Shown: positions 39,636-48,894 of the stretch, one piece after another
Layout of the letters: each line of letters opens with the position of its first letter
Numbering within the stretch: the stretch's first letter is position 1
Assembly (NCBI RefSeq): GCF_028368995.1
Contig: NZ_JAQNDL010000001.1
Coordinates: 4,224,001 to 4,288,000, forward strand
Direction: 5' to 3'
Origin: Nannocystis bainbridge
Lineage (GTDB): Bacteria; Myxococcota_A; Polyangia; Nannocystales; Nannocystaceae
Length of the DNA: 64,000 bases
Made by a program: the position numbers and the translations under genes
The notes under the pieces: generated by a model
Seen by the model: only the letters and a program-made list of their open reading frames with translations
The model's database searches: none
What the model was told of the DNA's origin: nothing

Positions 39636-40343
39636 TCACTCGTAGGTCACGCGCTCGAGGGCGTTGAGGTCGAGGACCACGATCTCCTGGCGGCTGAGGC
39701 TCAGGATCCCCTCGCGTTGCATCCGGTTGAGCGCGCGCGAGATCTCCTCGCGCACGGTCCCCAGACGCGCAGCAACGGTGTTCATGTCGAGCTGGCGGGG
39801 GATCACGCACGGCTTGCCCGCCTCGGCGCCGGCGCGCATCGCCAGCGACAGCAGGAAGGACGCGAGCCGGCGTTCGACTGACCGAAGGGACAGGTCGAGT
39901 ACGAGGTCGATCAGGCGGTTGGCCCGGAAGGCCATGTGCCGCATCAGCGCGAACGCCAGCGGCTGAGAACGCCCTATAAGGTTGATCACCGGGTCCGTCT
40001 CGAACTGCCAGGCCTCCGAGTCGAGCATGGCGAAGGCCGAGGCGGCGCACTGGACGTCCCGCGGCAAGAAACCCTCGCCGATCAGCTTCCCGGGCTCCGC
40101 GAGATAGAGGATCTGCTCGCGCCCCTCGGAGGAGATGAGGCTCAGCTTGAATTCGCCCGACTTCACCACGAACAAGCCGGGACCTGGCTCACCACGGCGG
40201 AAGACTGAGCGTTTGCGCTTCACCTCGACGAGGTTCGCGCCGAGACATAGCTCGGTCATGGTCTCTTCGGGGACCTGGTCCCAACCGGCGTAGCGCAGCA
40301 GCGCCTGGCGGACTTGTTCGACTTCCGCGCCCTCGATCGGCAT
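39636..40343 (-). CDS. Crp/Fnr family transcriptional regulator
   Basis: cNMP-binding fold (FRRGEP...SEGREQIL...GE) and HTH AARLGTVREEISRAL. Confidence 0.92.
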   Translation of the reverse strand: MPIEGAEVEQVRQALLRYAGWDQVPEETMTELCLGANLVEVKRKRSVFRRGEPGPGLFVVKSGEFKLSLISSEGREQILYLAEPGKLIGEGFLPRDVQCAASAFAMLDSEAWQFETDPVINLIGRSQPLAFALMRHMAFRANRLIDLVLDLSLRSVERRLASFLLSLAMRAGAEAGKPCVIPRQLDMNTVAARLGTVREEISRALNRMQREGILSLSRQEIVVLDLNALERVTYE

Positions 40344-40540
40344 GGCGCAAGTGTAGCCGTTTTGCGCTCATGATGAGTCTCTCATTTGGTCCGGAGTGAG
40401 TTCATCCGGGGCCGTCAGCGGTTTTGCGTACCTGGCGCAACGCCTCGTGGGGCCCGAGTTCGCCGATTTTTAGGACGGCACACATGTAGGACATAAACTC
40501 GCCACCACTTACCACCCCGCGCCAGAGAACGGAGCCACCC

Positions 40541-40969
40541 ATGGAAACCCAGCAGATCGAGAAGCGCCCCCTGCGCCTGCCCCCCCTCCCGCGCCCCGGC
40601 AAGCCCCTCTACGAGCGCCGCCGCACCCGCTTCACCGACACCGGGTCGGCGCTGATCGCGGCCTTCGACGGCGCGGTCAACCGCGGCGAGCTCGACCTCA
40701 TCATCGTCGCTGACGAGAGCGGCTTCGTCGTCTCCCAGAGCACGACCGATCTCGACCTCACCATGCTCGCCGCCGTCGCTCCGCTCATCGGTCGCGGTCG
40801 TGCGCGCGCCACCGTCAAGCGCGACGGCCAGGAGCGTGGTCTCAGCGTCAAGACGATCGAGGTCCTCGGCGAGACCCTCTACGTCGCCTGCCTCGGCGGC
40901 AAGTTCGGCGCCCGCGAGCGCGAGCTCGCCTCCACCGCCAGCGCTGCCCGGCGGATCCTCCTCAGCTAG
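40541..40969 (+). CDS. roadblock/LC7-like protein
   Basis: IIVADESGFVV...LAAVAP pattern; GGAG RBS. Confidence 0.6.
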   Translation: METQQIEKRPLRLPPLPRPGKPLYERRRTRFTDTGSALIAAFDGAVNRGELDLIIVADESGFVVSQSTTDLDLTMLAAVAPLIGRGRARATVKRDGQERGLSVKTIEVLGETLYVACLGGKFGARERELASTASAARRILLS

Positions 40970-41063
40970 CGCGACGGCCGGGTGGCCTCCACCCCTCGCT
41001 CGCGCCGCGTCGCTCGCGCCCCGCAAATCGTCGGCCGGCGCGAGGGGTGAACCGCGGATTGAA

Positions 41064-41119
41064 TTATCTTTAGAACATGTCTTGAACGACAGGGCCGAAA
41101 GACCCTGCCCTCTCGGACT
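41064..41119. repeat. four phased 14-bp palindromic units (degenerate)
   Basis: ttat ctttag aaca|tgtc ttgaac gaca|gggc cgaaag accc|tgcc ctctcg gact, between convergent genes. Confidence 0.6.
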
Positions 41120-41131
41120 TCTTATTTTGAA

Positions 41132-42304
41132 CTACAGGGCCGTGAGCGCCGCGCGCAGCGCGGCCTCCGGTTGCGTCGTCATGTCCGCGACCGCGACGTC
41201 CGGCTCGACGCCGGCGCCGTCGATCAGGCGGTCCTTCGGCGAGAAGTAGCGCGCGATCGTCAGCGTCAGCACCGAGCCGTCGTCGAGGCCGATGACATCT
41301 TGCACGGTGCCCTTGCCGTAGCTGCGCTCGCCGACCACCTTCGCGCGTCCGTGGTCCTGCAGCGCGCTCGCCAGCAGCTCCGATGCCGAGGCCGAGCGGT
41401 GGTCTTGCAGCACCACGACCTTCGTCGCGTCGTCGGTGGCCGCCAGCGTCGCTCGCTCCTCGCGGAGGATCTGCCCGCCGCGCCCGCGCGTCCGCACCAG
41501 CACGCCCTCGCCGACGAACGTGTCGGCGATCAGCACCGCCTCGCCGACGTCACCGCCCGGATTGCCGCGCACGTCGAGCACCACGCCGCCGATGCCACCG
41601 GCGCCGGCCGAGCGGCGCAGCTCCTTCAACGTGTTGCGCACGCTGTCGGCGACGCCCGAGCGGAACGCACGGATCCGTACATGGGCGAACTTGCGGCCGG
41701 CGTGCTCGAGGAGCGCGCCGCTGACGACCGGGAGCGACTGCCCCGAGAGCACCAGGCGGTGCGCCGTCGGGGCCGGATCGCTGCGCCGCTGCACGGTCAG
41801 GTCGATCGTCTCGCCGTCGCCGCCGAGCAGCAACACGTCGACCTCGGCACGCGACAGCATGAAGGCGACGTCCTGATCGCGAATCTTCAAGATCGAGTCG
41901 CCGGATTGGAGACCGATCTTCTCGGCCGGCGATCCAGGCAACACGGCCGAGACCTCGAGCCGCGCCGGCTTGCGCGAGCCCGGCTCGGCGCGCTGGAGAT
42001 CGACGATCATCCCGGTCGTGCCACCGCGGCTGCGTTGCTTGAGCAGCGTGCGCTCGTCGGCGGTGAGATAGTGACTGTGACGATCGAGCCCGCTGACGAT
42101 CCGCTTCAGCGACTCTGCCAGTACGCGGCTGGGCTCCACCGGGTCGACATAGCGATCGAGGACGGTGCGGAGCGCCTTGCCATAGGCGTCGGTGCCGAGG
42201 TTGTTGCCCGCCTGCGCGCTCGGGAGCGCCGACTGGACGCACCACATTGCCGCGGCGCCGAGCGAGAAGGCCAGGAACGAGCGCCAGCGGGACACGCGGT
42301 TCAT
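41132..42304 (-). CDS. S41A carboxyl-terminal protease (second CtpA-like copy)
   Basis: LDRHS, PDZ, LDVRGNPGG, SASASELLASALQD, SYGKGTVQ. Confidence 0.9.
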   Translation of the reverse strand: MNRVSRWRSFLAFSLGAAAMWCVQSALPSAQAGNNLGTDAYGKALRTVLDRYVDPVEPSRVLAESLKRIVSGLDRHSHYLTADERTLLKQRSRGGTTGMIVDLQRAEPGSRKPARLEVSAVLPGSPAEKIGLQSGDSILKIRDQDVAFMLSRAEVDVLLLGGDGETIDLTVQRRSDPAPTAHRLVLSGQSLPVVSGALLEHAGRKFAHVRIRAFRSGVADSVRNTLKELRRSAGAGGIGGVVLDVRGNPGGDVGEAVLIADTFVGEGVLVRTRGRGGQILREERATLAATDDATKVVVLQDHRSASASELLASALQDHGRAKVVGERSYGKGTVQDVIGLDDGSVLTLTIARYFSPKDRLIDGAGVEPDVAVADMTTQPEAALRAALTAL

Positions 42305-42610
42305 CGTGGCCGAAAGACGCGCGAGGATCCAGGTTGGTTCCCGTCCGGGCGCGAATAGGTCGTCTGCTGCGTCAGGCAGCCCGCGGCAGCTCCGCCGGCG
42401 CGGCCTGCTCGCGCGTCACGGGCTCGGCCGCGCGGCGCTGCTCCAGCAACTCTCGCAGCAGCGGGCGGGTGGTGACGGCATCGACGAATACGCGGGTGAA
42501 GAGGGCTGGGCGAGAGCGGAGGCGCATGGTGCCGAACGTCTTGCACGTCGTGGGCCAGCGCGATGTCGAGGAGCTACGGGGGCACGAGGGGGACGGGAGC
42601 GCGGGGACCC

Positions 42611-42648
42611 AAGAAAAAATGGCAACGGCGCTTGGGAACCGTTGCCAA
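42611..42648 (-). terminator. rho-independent terminator of the XRE gene
   Basis: Minus strand TGGCAACGG-loop-CCGTTGCCA-TTTTTTCTT. Confidence 0.8.
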
Positions 42649-42692
42649 CTTGCGACTCGGTCCGCGGCCTGGACCGACGGGCCGCGTGGGAC

Positions 42693-43073
42693 TCAACCGC
42701 CTTCGAGCGTGCGCGCGACCTTGACGAGGTCGCGGATCTGCTTGGGCGACAACTGGGCCGAGACCGCGTAGAGCTCGTCGAGCAGCTCGCCCTTGGGACC
42801 GCTCTTCGCCTTGGTGCGGGGCAGCAGGTCGGTCGGCTCACAGCCGAACGCTTGCGCGAGGAGGAGCAGCGACTCGATGCGCGGAGCCTTGTAGCCGAGC
42901 TCGAGCTTGTTGACCGTGGTGACCGTCAGACCTGTCTGTTTGGCCAGCTCTTCGATCGTCAGGTGCGGCCGCCAACCGGTCTCGCCCTCACGCTTGCGGC
43001 GGGTCTTGGGCGGCGGAGTCGCGGTGCGCCACAGCCTGATCCGTCGTCCGATTTCCTGTGCAACTTCGTTCAT
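42693..43073 (-). CDS. XRE-family HTH transcriptional regulator
   Basis: IGRRIR...LTIEELAKQTGLTVTTVNKLELG...PRIESLLLLAQAF. Confidence 0.88.
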   Translation of the reverse strand: MNEVAQEIGRRIRLWRTATPPPKTRRKREGETGWRPHLTIEELAKQTGLTVTTVNKLELGYKAPRIESLLLLAQAFGCEPTDLLPRTKAKSGPKGELLDELYAVSAQLSPKQIRDLVKVARTLEGG

Positions 43074-43205
43074 CTTGAGCTCCTCGGTCGGATGTCCCGA
43101 GCCGCATCATGACACAAGTTACCTGGCGCTTCGAACAGTCCGCCGTTGCGGATGCTCACACGGGCTGTCTCATAGGACTTGTCCTTCGGGGCTTGTGAGC
43201 CCCGT

Positions 43206-45563
43206 CTAAAACGCTCCACGAAGGCCCAGGGAGGGTAAAATGTATCTTAGGCCACGCGAGCCGCACGTCGTGTTGCTGACGATCGAGCCTGCTCCCGACA
43301 TCGCTGCATCCGAATTTCCTTGGAGCACGCAAGCGATGACTTCGCTCGAATACGTGGAGTTGAGCACGTCTGCGACGAAGTGCAGGCTCCAAGAGCGGAA
43401 GCGCCAAGTTCGTTCGGCGCGCAGGTCGAGCTGGAAGTAAGCGGGCAAGCGACGGTTGTTACGGTTGTAGAGAAGTGCCTCAGAAGCGGTCTGATCGCCG
43501 ATTTGGACGGTGTACGGGCGACCTGAATGAAAGTGCAGGCGACCGCCGAAGCTCCAGCGATCGCTGATGCGATAGCCGAGCACGACGTTGACGATGTGAC
43601 GCTGATCCCAGCTCGAGGGGGCGCGGCCGCCGTACTCGTACTCGCGGGTCGAGCGCGACAGCGTGTACGCGGCCCACCCGTACGCACGCTGACCGGGCAG
43701 CAGGCGCGCCATCGTCTCGATGCCGTACGACCAACCTTTGGCCGAGATCACGACGTCGTCGATCTCCTGCAGCTTGCCCGACGACAGCGACGCGAGGTCG
43801 TAGTCCTGCAGATTCGAAAGGCGGCCGAGGTAGACGTCTTGGGTGATCGCCAGCTTGTTGCCGAGCACCAGCTCGTAGCCGGCGCTACCCTGAATGTTGC
43901 GCTGCAGGCCGCGCTCGAAGCCGAAGCTCTCGAGCCCCGGGACCGGCACGGGGAAGCTCGGCGGCTGGTGGTAGACGCCGATGTTCTGGCGCAGCGTCCA
44001 GCGCTCGCCGACCTTCTCGCGCACGAGGATCCGCGGGTCGATGCCGAACGCGTGGGTCAGCGTGCGCGCCTGCGGCAGCACCGGCGAGTGACCGACCTGG
44101 GTGTAGAGATCGCCGCGCACGCCGGGGCGGATGTCGAACCGACCCTTGCGCCACAGCAGCTCGGCGTAGAGGCCCGTGGCCGAGACCACGCGGTCGCTGA
44201 ACAGCTGCGTGAGGCTCTCGAGCTGCCAGCCCTCGCCCGCCGTGGCCCCCGTCGTGCCGCGGAAGATCTGGACCTCCTGATCGATGCCGACCCCGAGCTC
44301 CGCGTTGCCGCTCTCACCGACGGGCACGCGCACGTCGACGCGCGGCGCGATCAACCATTCGTTGCTGCGCGTGCGCGACACACCCGTGCGATCGAGGCCG
44401 AGGCCGAGGCTGTAGGTTGCGACGCCGCCGCGCGGCAGCTCGTGGCGGATCTTCTGCACCAGCCGGTAGAACTCGAAGCGCACGAACGGGGTCGGGTTCG
44501 ACTTCTCACCCAGCTCGTCGAAGCTGCCGAGGGCGAACGCGGTGTACGTGGCGCGCTTGCCGAGCGCGTGGTCGAAGCGGGCCTGGTAGTCCCAGAAGCG
44601 CAGCTTGAGGTTGGCCTGGACCAGCGTCAGCACGCCCGCGGTGTAGCTGTAGCGCCCCGCCAGCGTCAGCGAGCCGCGCGCCGGCCCGCGCCGACAGTCC
44701 TCGCGCTTGATCCGACCTGTCCTTTTAGACCTGGCCTTTTTTCGCTGTTCTGCGAGACATGACCGATCGTGCTTGTAGTTGAGCGGGATCTCGACGAGGC
44801 CGCCGGCGTCCGTGAGGCGGATGTCGAACTCCCCGTAGGCGCGGTCGCGGCGAGCGGCGCGCGTGCGGCCCTCGATGATGCCGCTGGCGTAGCGTCCGAG
44901 CCGCACCGGCGCGCCGCTGGCATAAAAGTCGACCTGGTCGATGAAGTACGGGTGGATGACGGACGGCCCGAGCGCGACGTGGAACAGGATCGGCACGCGC
45001 ACGCCGTCGAGGTAGTAACCGGTGTTGCCGGGCGCCGCGCCGCGGACCACCACGTACGGCAGGAAGCCGGCCAGCTGCGACACCCCGGGCAGGCTCCCGA
45101 CCACGCGGAACGGATCGCCGAAGGTCCCCGGCACTGCGCGGATCTCCTCGTCGCGCAGCGTCGTGCTCGACACCGCCACCTCGCGTTGCTGCCGGACCAC
45201 CGTGCGGTACGGGTTGCCGGCGACATCGGGCGCGAGGCGGTACTCGTAGACCAGGTCTTGCCGATCTTCGAGCTTGATACTCACGGACAGGTCCTGAAAG
45301 CCAGCCGCGCGGATGAGCAGCTTGTGCTCGCCGGGCGGCAGCCACAGCTCGAAGTGCCCGGTCTTGTCGGTCTCGGTCGAGTTGTCGTCGCCGAGCAGAC
45401 GCGCGCCTGCCACTGGATCGCGGCTGCCGTACGCCATCACCCGACCGCGCAGGCGCGCTCGCCCGAGCCGCGCGGGCGCGACGGTCGTGGCCTCGGCTGT
45501 CTCGTTCGACGCGCTCGCCGGCACCGACGCTGGCGCGAGCGCGAGGAGGAGAGCGAGCACCAC
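43206..45563 (-). CDS. TonB-dependent receptor
   Basis: Carboxypeptidase-like N-domain, plug PGTFGDPFRVVGSLPGV/VVRG, barrel with SYGIE, WDQRH, RLPAYFQLDLR, terminal GLRGAF. Confidence 0.92.
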   Translation of the reverse strand: MVLALLLALAPASVPASASNETAEATTVAPARLGRARLRGRVMAYGSRDPVAGARLLGDDNSTETDKTGHFELWLPPGEHKLLIRAAGFQDLSVSIKLEDRQDLVYEYRLAPDVAGNPYRTVVRQQREVAVSSTTLRDEEIRAVPGTFGDPFRVVGSLPGVSQLAGFLPYVVVRGAAPGNTGYYLDGVRVPILFHVALGPSVIHPYFIDQVDFYASGAPVRLGRYASGIIEGRTRAARRDRAYGEFDIRLTDAGGLVEIPLNYKHDRSCLAEQRKKARSKRTGRIKREDCRRGPARGSLTLAGRYSYTAGVLTLVQANLKLRFWDYQARFDHALGKRATYTAFALGSFDELGEKSNPTPFVRFEFYRLVQKIRHELPRGGVATYSLGLGLDRTGVSRTRSNEWLIAPRVDVRVPVGESGNAELGVGIDQEVQIFRGTTGATAGEGWQLESLTQLFSDRVVSATGLYAELLWRKGRFDIRPGVRGDLYTQVGHSPVLPQARTLTHAFGIDPRILVREKVGERWTLRQNIGVYHQPPSFPVPVPGLESFGFERGLQRNIQGSAGYELVLGNKLAITQDVYLGRLSNLQDYDLASLSSGKLQEIDDVVISAKGWSYGIETMARLLPGQRAYGWAAYTLSRSTREYEYGGRAPSSWDQRHIVNVVLGYRISDRWSFGGRLHFHSGRPYTVQIGDQTASEALLYNRNNRRLPAYFQLDLRAERTWRFRSWSLHFVADVLNSTYSSEVIACVLQGNSDAAMSGAGSIVSNTTCGSRGLRYILPSLGLRGAF

Positions 45564-45632
45564 GCGCCCAGGATATCGGAGGTCCGTGGCGTCGAGGTCG
45601 CGAATGCGCGCGAGCTCGAAAGACCTCGATGC

Positions 45633-46175
45633 TCAGGCCCCGTCGCGGCGCATCGCGGCCCGGCGCGCGCCCGGCAGGCGAGCATCGTCGGCGCTCGAGG
45701 GACCGCGACGCGGCGTCGTCATCCGCTCCGTGGCCGGCTCGGCGGGCGGGGCCGCTGGCGACGGTCGCGGCAGTGATTTGCGCCGCTCGCCCGGCGGCTC
45801 GGCGGGCGGGGCGGTGCGCATCGCCGCGGGTGACGGTCGCGGCAGTGATTTGCGCCGCTCGCCCGACGGCTCGACGGGCGGGGCGGTGCGCATCGCCGCG
45901 TGTGACGGTCGCGGCAGTGATTTGCGCCGCTCGCCCGGCGGCTCCTTCGTGGTCGTCGCGCGCGTCGGCGCCTCGACGTACTCGCCGAAGATCCGCTGCT
46001 TCATGTCCTCGAGCATCGGCGAGATCCGCCCGCGCGTCCCGTCGAGCAGGTCCTTCGCTTGCGGCGTCTCACCGATCCGGTCGACGTGCTCCGACAGCGT
46101 GAACGCGCCGAGCTTGACCGTGCAGCTCGCCCACAGGACCGCCACCAGGAACACGAGGCTGAGCAGGGTGCGCAT
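45633..46175 (-). CDS. hypothetical secreted/lipoprotein with 24-aa repeats
   Basis: Hydrophobic N-terminus; about 3 copies of PPGERRKSLPRPSxAAMRTAPPxE (72-bp repeat at 45735-45944). Confidence 0.65.
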   Translation of the reverse strand: MRTLLSLVFLVAVLWASCTVKLGAFTLSEHVDRIGETPQAKDLLDGTRGRISPMLEDMKQRIFGEYVEAPTRATTTKEPPGERRKSLPRPSHAAMRTAPPVEPSGERRKSLPRPSPAAMRTAPPAEPPGERRKSLPRPSPAAPPAEPATERMTTPRRGPSSADDARLPGARRAAMRRDGA

Positions 46176-46283
46176 GAAGCCGGGCGCGCGAGCCTCCCGA
46201 GGCGCGCGCGCGCGATCTTCGAGCCCGCCGCGCGCCGAGGCAAATTTTTGACCGGCGGCGCCGCGCGCCCACCGGGCGCGCCG

Positions 46284-47117
46284 TCACTTCTCCGCGCTGC
46301 TGTCGCGTCCGAGCTCGGAGGCGACCTTGGCGGCCTCCTGGATCGTGCGGGCGAGGACGGAGCGGATCCTGCCGTCCTCCATGGTCAGGATGCCGGCGAT
46401 CGTGCAACCGGCCGGCGTGGTGACTTGATCCTTGAGGGCGGCCGGGTGGAAGCCGGTCGACAGCACCATGCGCGCCGCGCCCTGGAACACCTGTGCCGCC
46501 ATCTGCAGCGCCACCGGGCGCGGCAGGCCCATCATCACGCCGCCGTCGGCCATCGCCTCGATCATCACGTAGACGAACGCCGGGCCGCTGGCGCCGAGGC
46601 TCGTCACCGCGTCCATCAATTTGTCCTCGACCTCGAGGCACAGGCCCACGGTGTCGAACAGCTGTTTCGCCAGGCCGACCTCGGCGTCGCCCGCTCGCTG
46701 GCCGCGCGCCAGCACCGTCATGCCCTGTCCGATGAGACATGGCGTATTGGGCATGGCCCGAATGACAGGGCTCGCCGGCAACCATCCCTGCAGCTGGGCG
46801 AGCGTGACCCCGGCGGCGATGCTGATGACCGGCTTGTCGACCAGCGCCGCCTGCACCCCGTCCTCGTGCAGCACCTTGCTGACGCGCTGGGGCTTGACCG
46901 CGAGCAGCACCGCGTCGGCCTCGCGCATCGCCTGCAGGTTGTCGGCGGCGATGCGGACGCCATGACGCTGACGGACGGCCTCGGCGGCCTCGTGCCTGCG
47001 CGTGGTCGCCACGATCTGCGTCGGCGCGAGCAGCCCCGCGCGCAGCAGGCCGGCGGCGATCGCCTCGCCCATGGTCCCGCAGCCGATGATCGCCAGAGTC
47101 CGCCCTGCCAGCAGCAT
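46284..47117 (-). CDS. proC: pyrroline-5-carboxylate reductase
   Basis: IIGCGTMG, LAVKPQ, ISIAAG, RAMPNTP, SGPAF, VTTPAGCT. Confidence 0.96.
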   Translation of the reverse strand: MLLAGRTLAIIGCGTMGEAIAAGLLRAGLLAPTQIVATTRRHEAAEAVRQRHGVRIAADNLQAMREADAVLLAVKPQRVSKVLHEDGVQAALVDKPVISIAAGVTLAQLQGWLPASPVIRAMPNTPCLIGQGMTVLARGQRAGDAEVGLAKQLFDTVGLCLEVEDKLMDAVTSLGASGPAFVYVMIEAMADGGVMMGLPRPVALQMAAQVFQGAARMVLSTGFHPAALKDQVTTPAGCTIAGILTMEDGRIRSVLARTIQEAAKVASELGRDSSAEK

Positions 47118-47152
47118 GGGCCGGCGCTTACCACAGGCCGCGGGCTCGCGCC

Positions 47153-47854
47153 TCAAATCGGGCGGGACGGCTGGTACACCCACGACACCGCGACGGGCTC
47201 GCGATCGACGGGCTCGCCCGGCTCGCGGCTCGGATCGGCGTCGTCCGTCCACGGATCGACGTCGTCTTCGATCGCCATCGCGTCGACCTCTCGCGGCGCC
47301 GCGGCCTCCATCGGCGCGGAGATCGCCGTCACCAGCATCTCCTTCGGGACGTCCGATCCGCGGGGCGGCCAGATCCCGCGGCCGATCGCCGCGATCTCCC
47401 CCAACACGTGGCCGCCGGCGATCGCCTCCTCGAGCCGCCGCTTGAGCGCCTGCACGGCCGGGAAGTAGTCCTTGCGCGAGTAGCGCTGATTGAGCACGCA
47501 GAACTCTTCGTTCTTGAGGCCGACGCAGGCGAAGCACTGCGTGCAGCCGAAGCAGTCGACGCAGAGCACGAGGTACTGCGAATCCTCACAACCTTCGCAG
47601 AATTCGAGGTGGCCCGAGCGGACGCACGAGCGGCTGAACCGCGAGCGGGTGCAGGCGCGGCAGTCGTGGCACAGCTCGCAGTTGCTGCAGTCGTTGCAGC
47701 GCACGCACTGGACGCAGAAGCGGCAGCGGTTGCAATCGAGGCAGCCGTCGCAGCGGAGGTTGCCATCGCCGGCGCGGCTCGGTGCGATCTCGGCGCGGTG
47801 GGCGTCGAGGAGCCCGCGGAACTGGGCCAGCAGTTCGTCGAGGGTCGGATGCAC
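47153..47854 (-). CDS. Cys-rich (CxxC repeat) hypothetical protein
   Basis: Long (CxxC)n run ending CFACVGLKNEEFCVLNQRYS. Confidence 0.75.
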   Translation of the reverse strand: MHPTLDELLAQFRGLLDAHRAEIAPSRAGDGNLRCDGCLDCNRCRFCVQCVRCNDCSNCELCHDCRACTRSRFSRSCVRSGHLEFCEGCEDSQYLVLCVDCFGCTQCFACVGLKNEEFCVLNQRYSRKDYFPAVQALKRRLEEAIAGGHVLGEIAAIGRGIWPPRGSDVPKEMLVTAISAPMEAAAPREVDAMAIEDDVDPWTDDADPSREPGEPVDREPVAVSWVYQPSRPI

Positions 47855-47923
47855 GGTCTACGAGGGTGCCACGGATCGCGGCGTGACCCAAAGTAGCGGG
47901 CCGTGTATGCTCCGCGCGCGCCC

Positions 47924-48535
47924 ATGGCCTCCAGCCGCCTCCTGATCGTCGTTGCGCTGCTTGCGCAAGCCCTCGCGCTCGGCGCTTGTCAGCGAAAGAT
48001 CGGCAGCGCGTGCCGGGTGAGCACCGACTGCAGCTTCCGCGGCGAGCGAATCTGCGACCTCTCGTACCTCGTCGACAGCAGCGGCAACCCCGACCCCAAC
48101 GGCAAGGGCGAATGCACCATCGAGGGCTGCACGCCCGGCTCGTGCCCAAAAGAGGGCGCCTGCATTCAGGTCTTCAACACCGAGTTCCTGAGCGTGGCGT
48201 GCGAACCCGACTGCGAAGACCGGCGCCCGGTCGGCGCCGACGACAAGCTGTCGCCCGACGACCCCCAGTACAAGTGCCGCGAGCTCGACGACCCCACGGT
48301 CTACAACCGCTGCACCGACCAGGAGCTGTGCCTGCCCGAGGGTCTGTGCGCCGACCTCTTCAGCGCGCGGATCTCCTGCCGCAAAGAGTGCAACAGCGAC
48401 CGCGGCTGCCGTGACGGCTACGAGTGCCGCGAGACCGGCGGCAACGGCGTCTACGTGGCGTTCTCGCCGACGAACCCGGACTCGCTGCCGATCGAGCGCA
48501 TCTGCATGCCGATCGAGCCCAAGGCCGGCGAGTAG
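47924..48535 (+). CDS. Cys-rich lipoprotein
   Basis: Lipobox LGAC, IGSACRVSTDC, many paired Cys. Confidence 0.8.
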   Translation: MASSRLLIVVALLAQALALGACQRKIGSACRVSTDCSFRGERICDLSYLVDSSGNPDPNGKGECTIEGCTPGSCPKEGACIQVFNTEFLSVACEPDCEDRRPVGADDKLSPDDPQYKCRELDDPTVYNRCTDQELCLPEGLCADLFSARISCRKECNSDRGCRDGYECRETGGNGVYVAFSPTNPDSLPIERICMPIEPKAGE

Positions 48536-48894
48536 ATCTCCGGGCCGATCCCCGGCGCGGCAGCGCGCATGCATCGTCGACGCGCGCGCAGGTGGCTGTC
48601 TCTCGGGACAGCTTCACCACTGCTCCGAGGCAAACGCTCTCTCGCCAGGCGTCGAGAGTCACCTGTCCTTCGAGATATATTATCGTGGCGCGCCCCGTGC
48701 TCACCTGTCCTTCTGGACATGCCACGATCGACCATCGAGCGCCCTCGCTGTCCCGCGGGCTGGCCGGGCGTCCCGCCGGCGGGCCACCTGGCGCCGGGGC
48801 CATGTCCGCAAGTGCTTGAAAAGCTTCGAACGGCGCCGCGGCGCTCCGCTTGCTCAATGGGATTCATCGGCGAGAGCGCCGAACGGAGTCACCC

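Noticed and set aside
39636-40343. The 14-bp motif as the site of the local Crp/Fnr protein (MrpC-like TGTY-N8-RAC)
   Set aside because: Crp-family geometry has 8 bp between the 4-bp arms; the motif here has 6. Not excluded experimentally, but the geometry disagrees.
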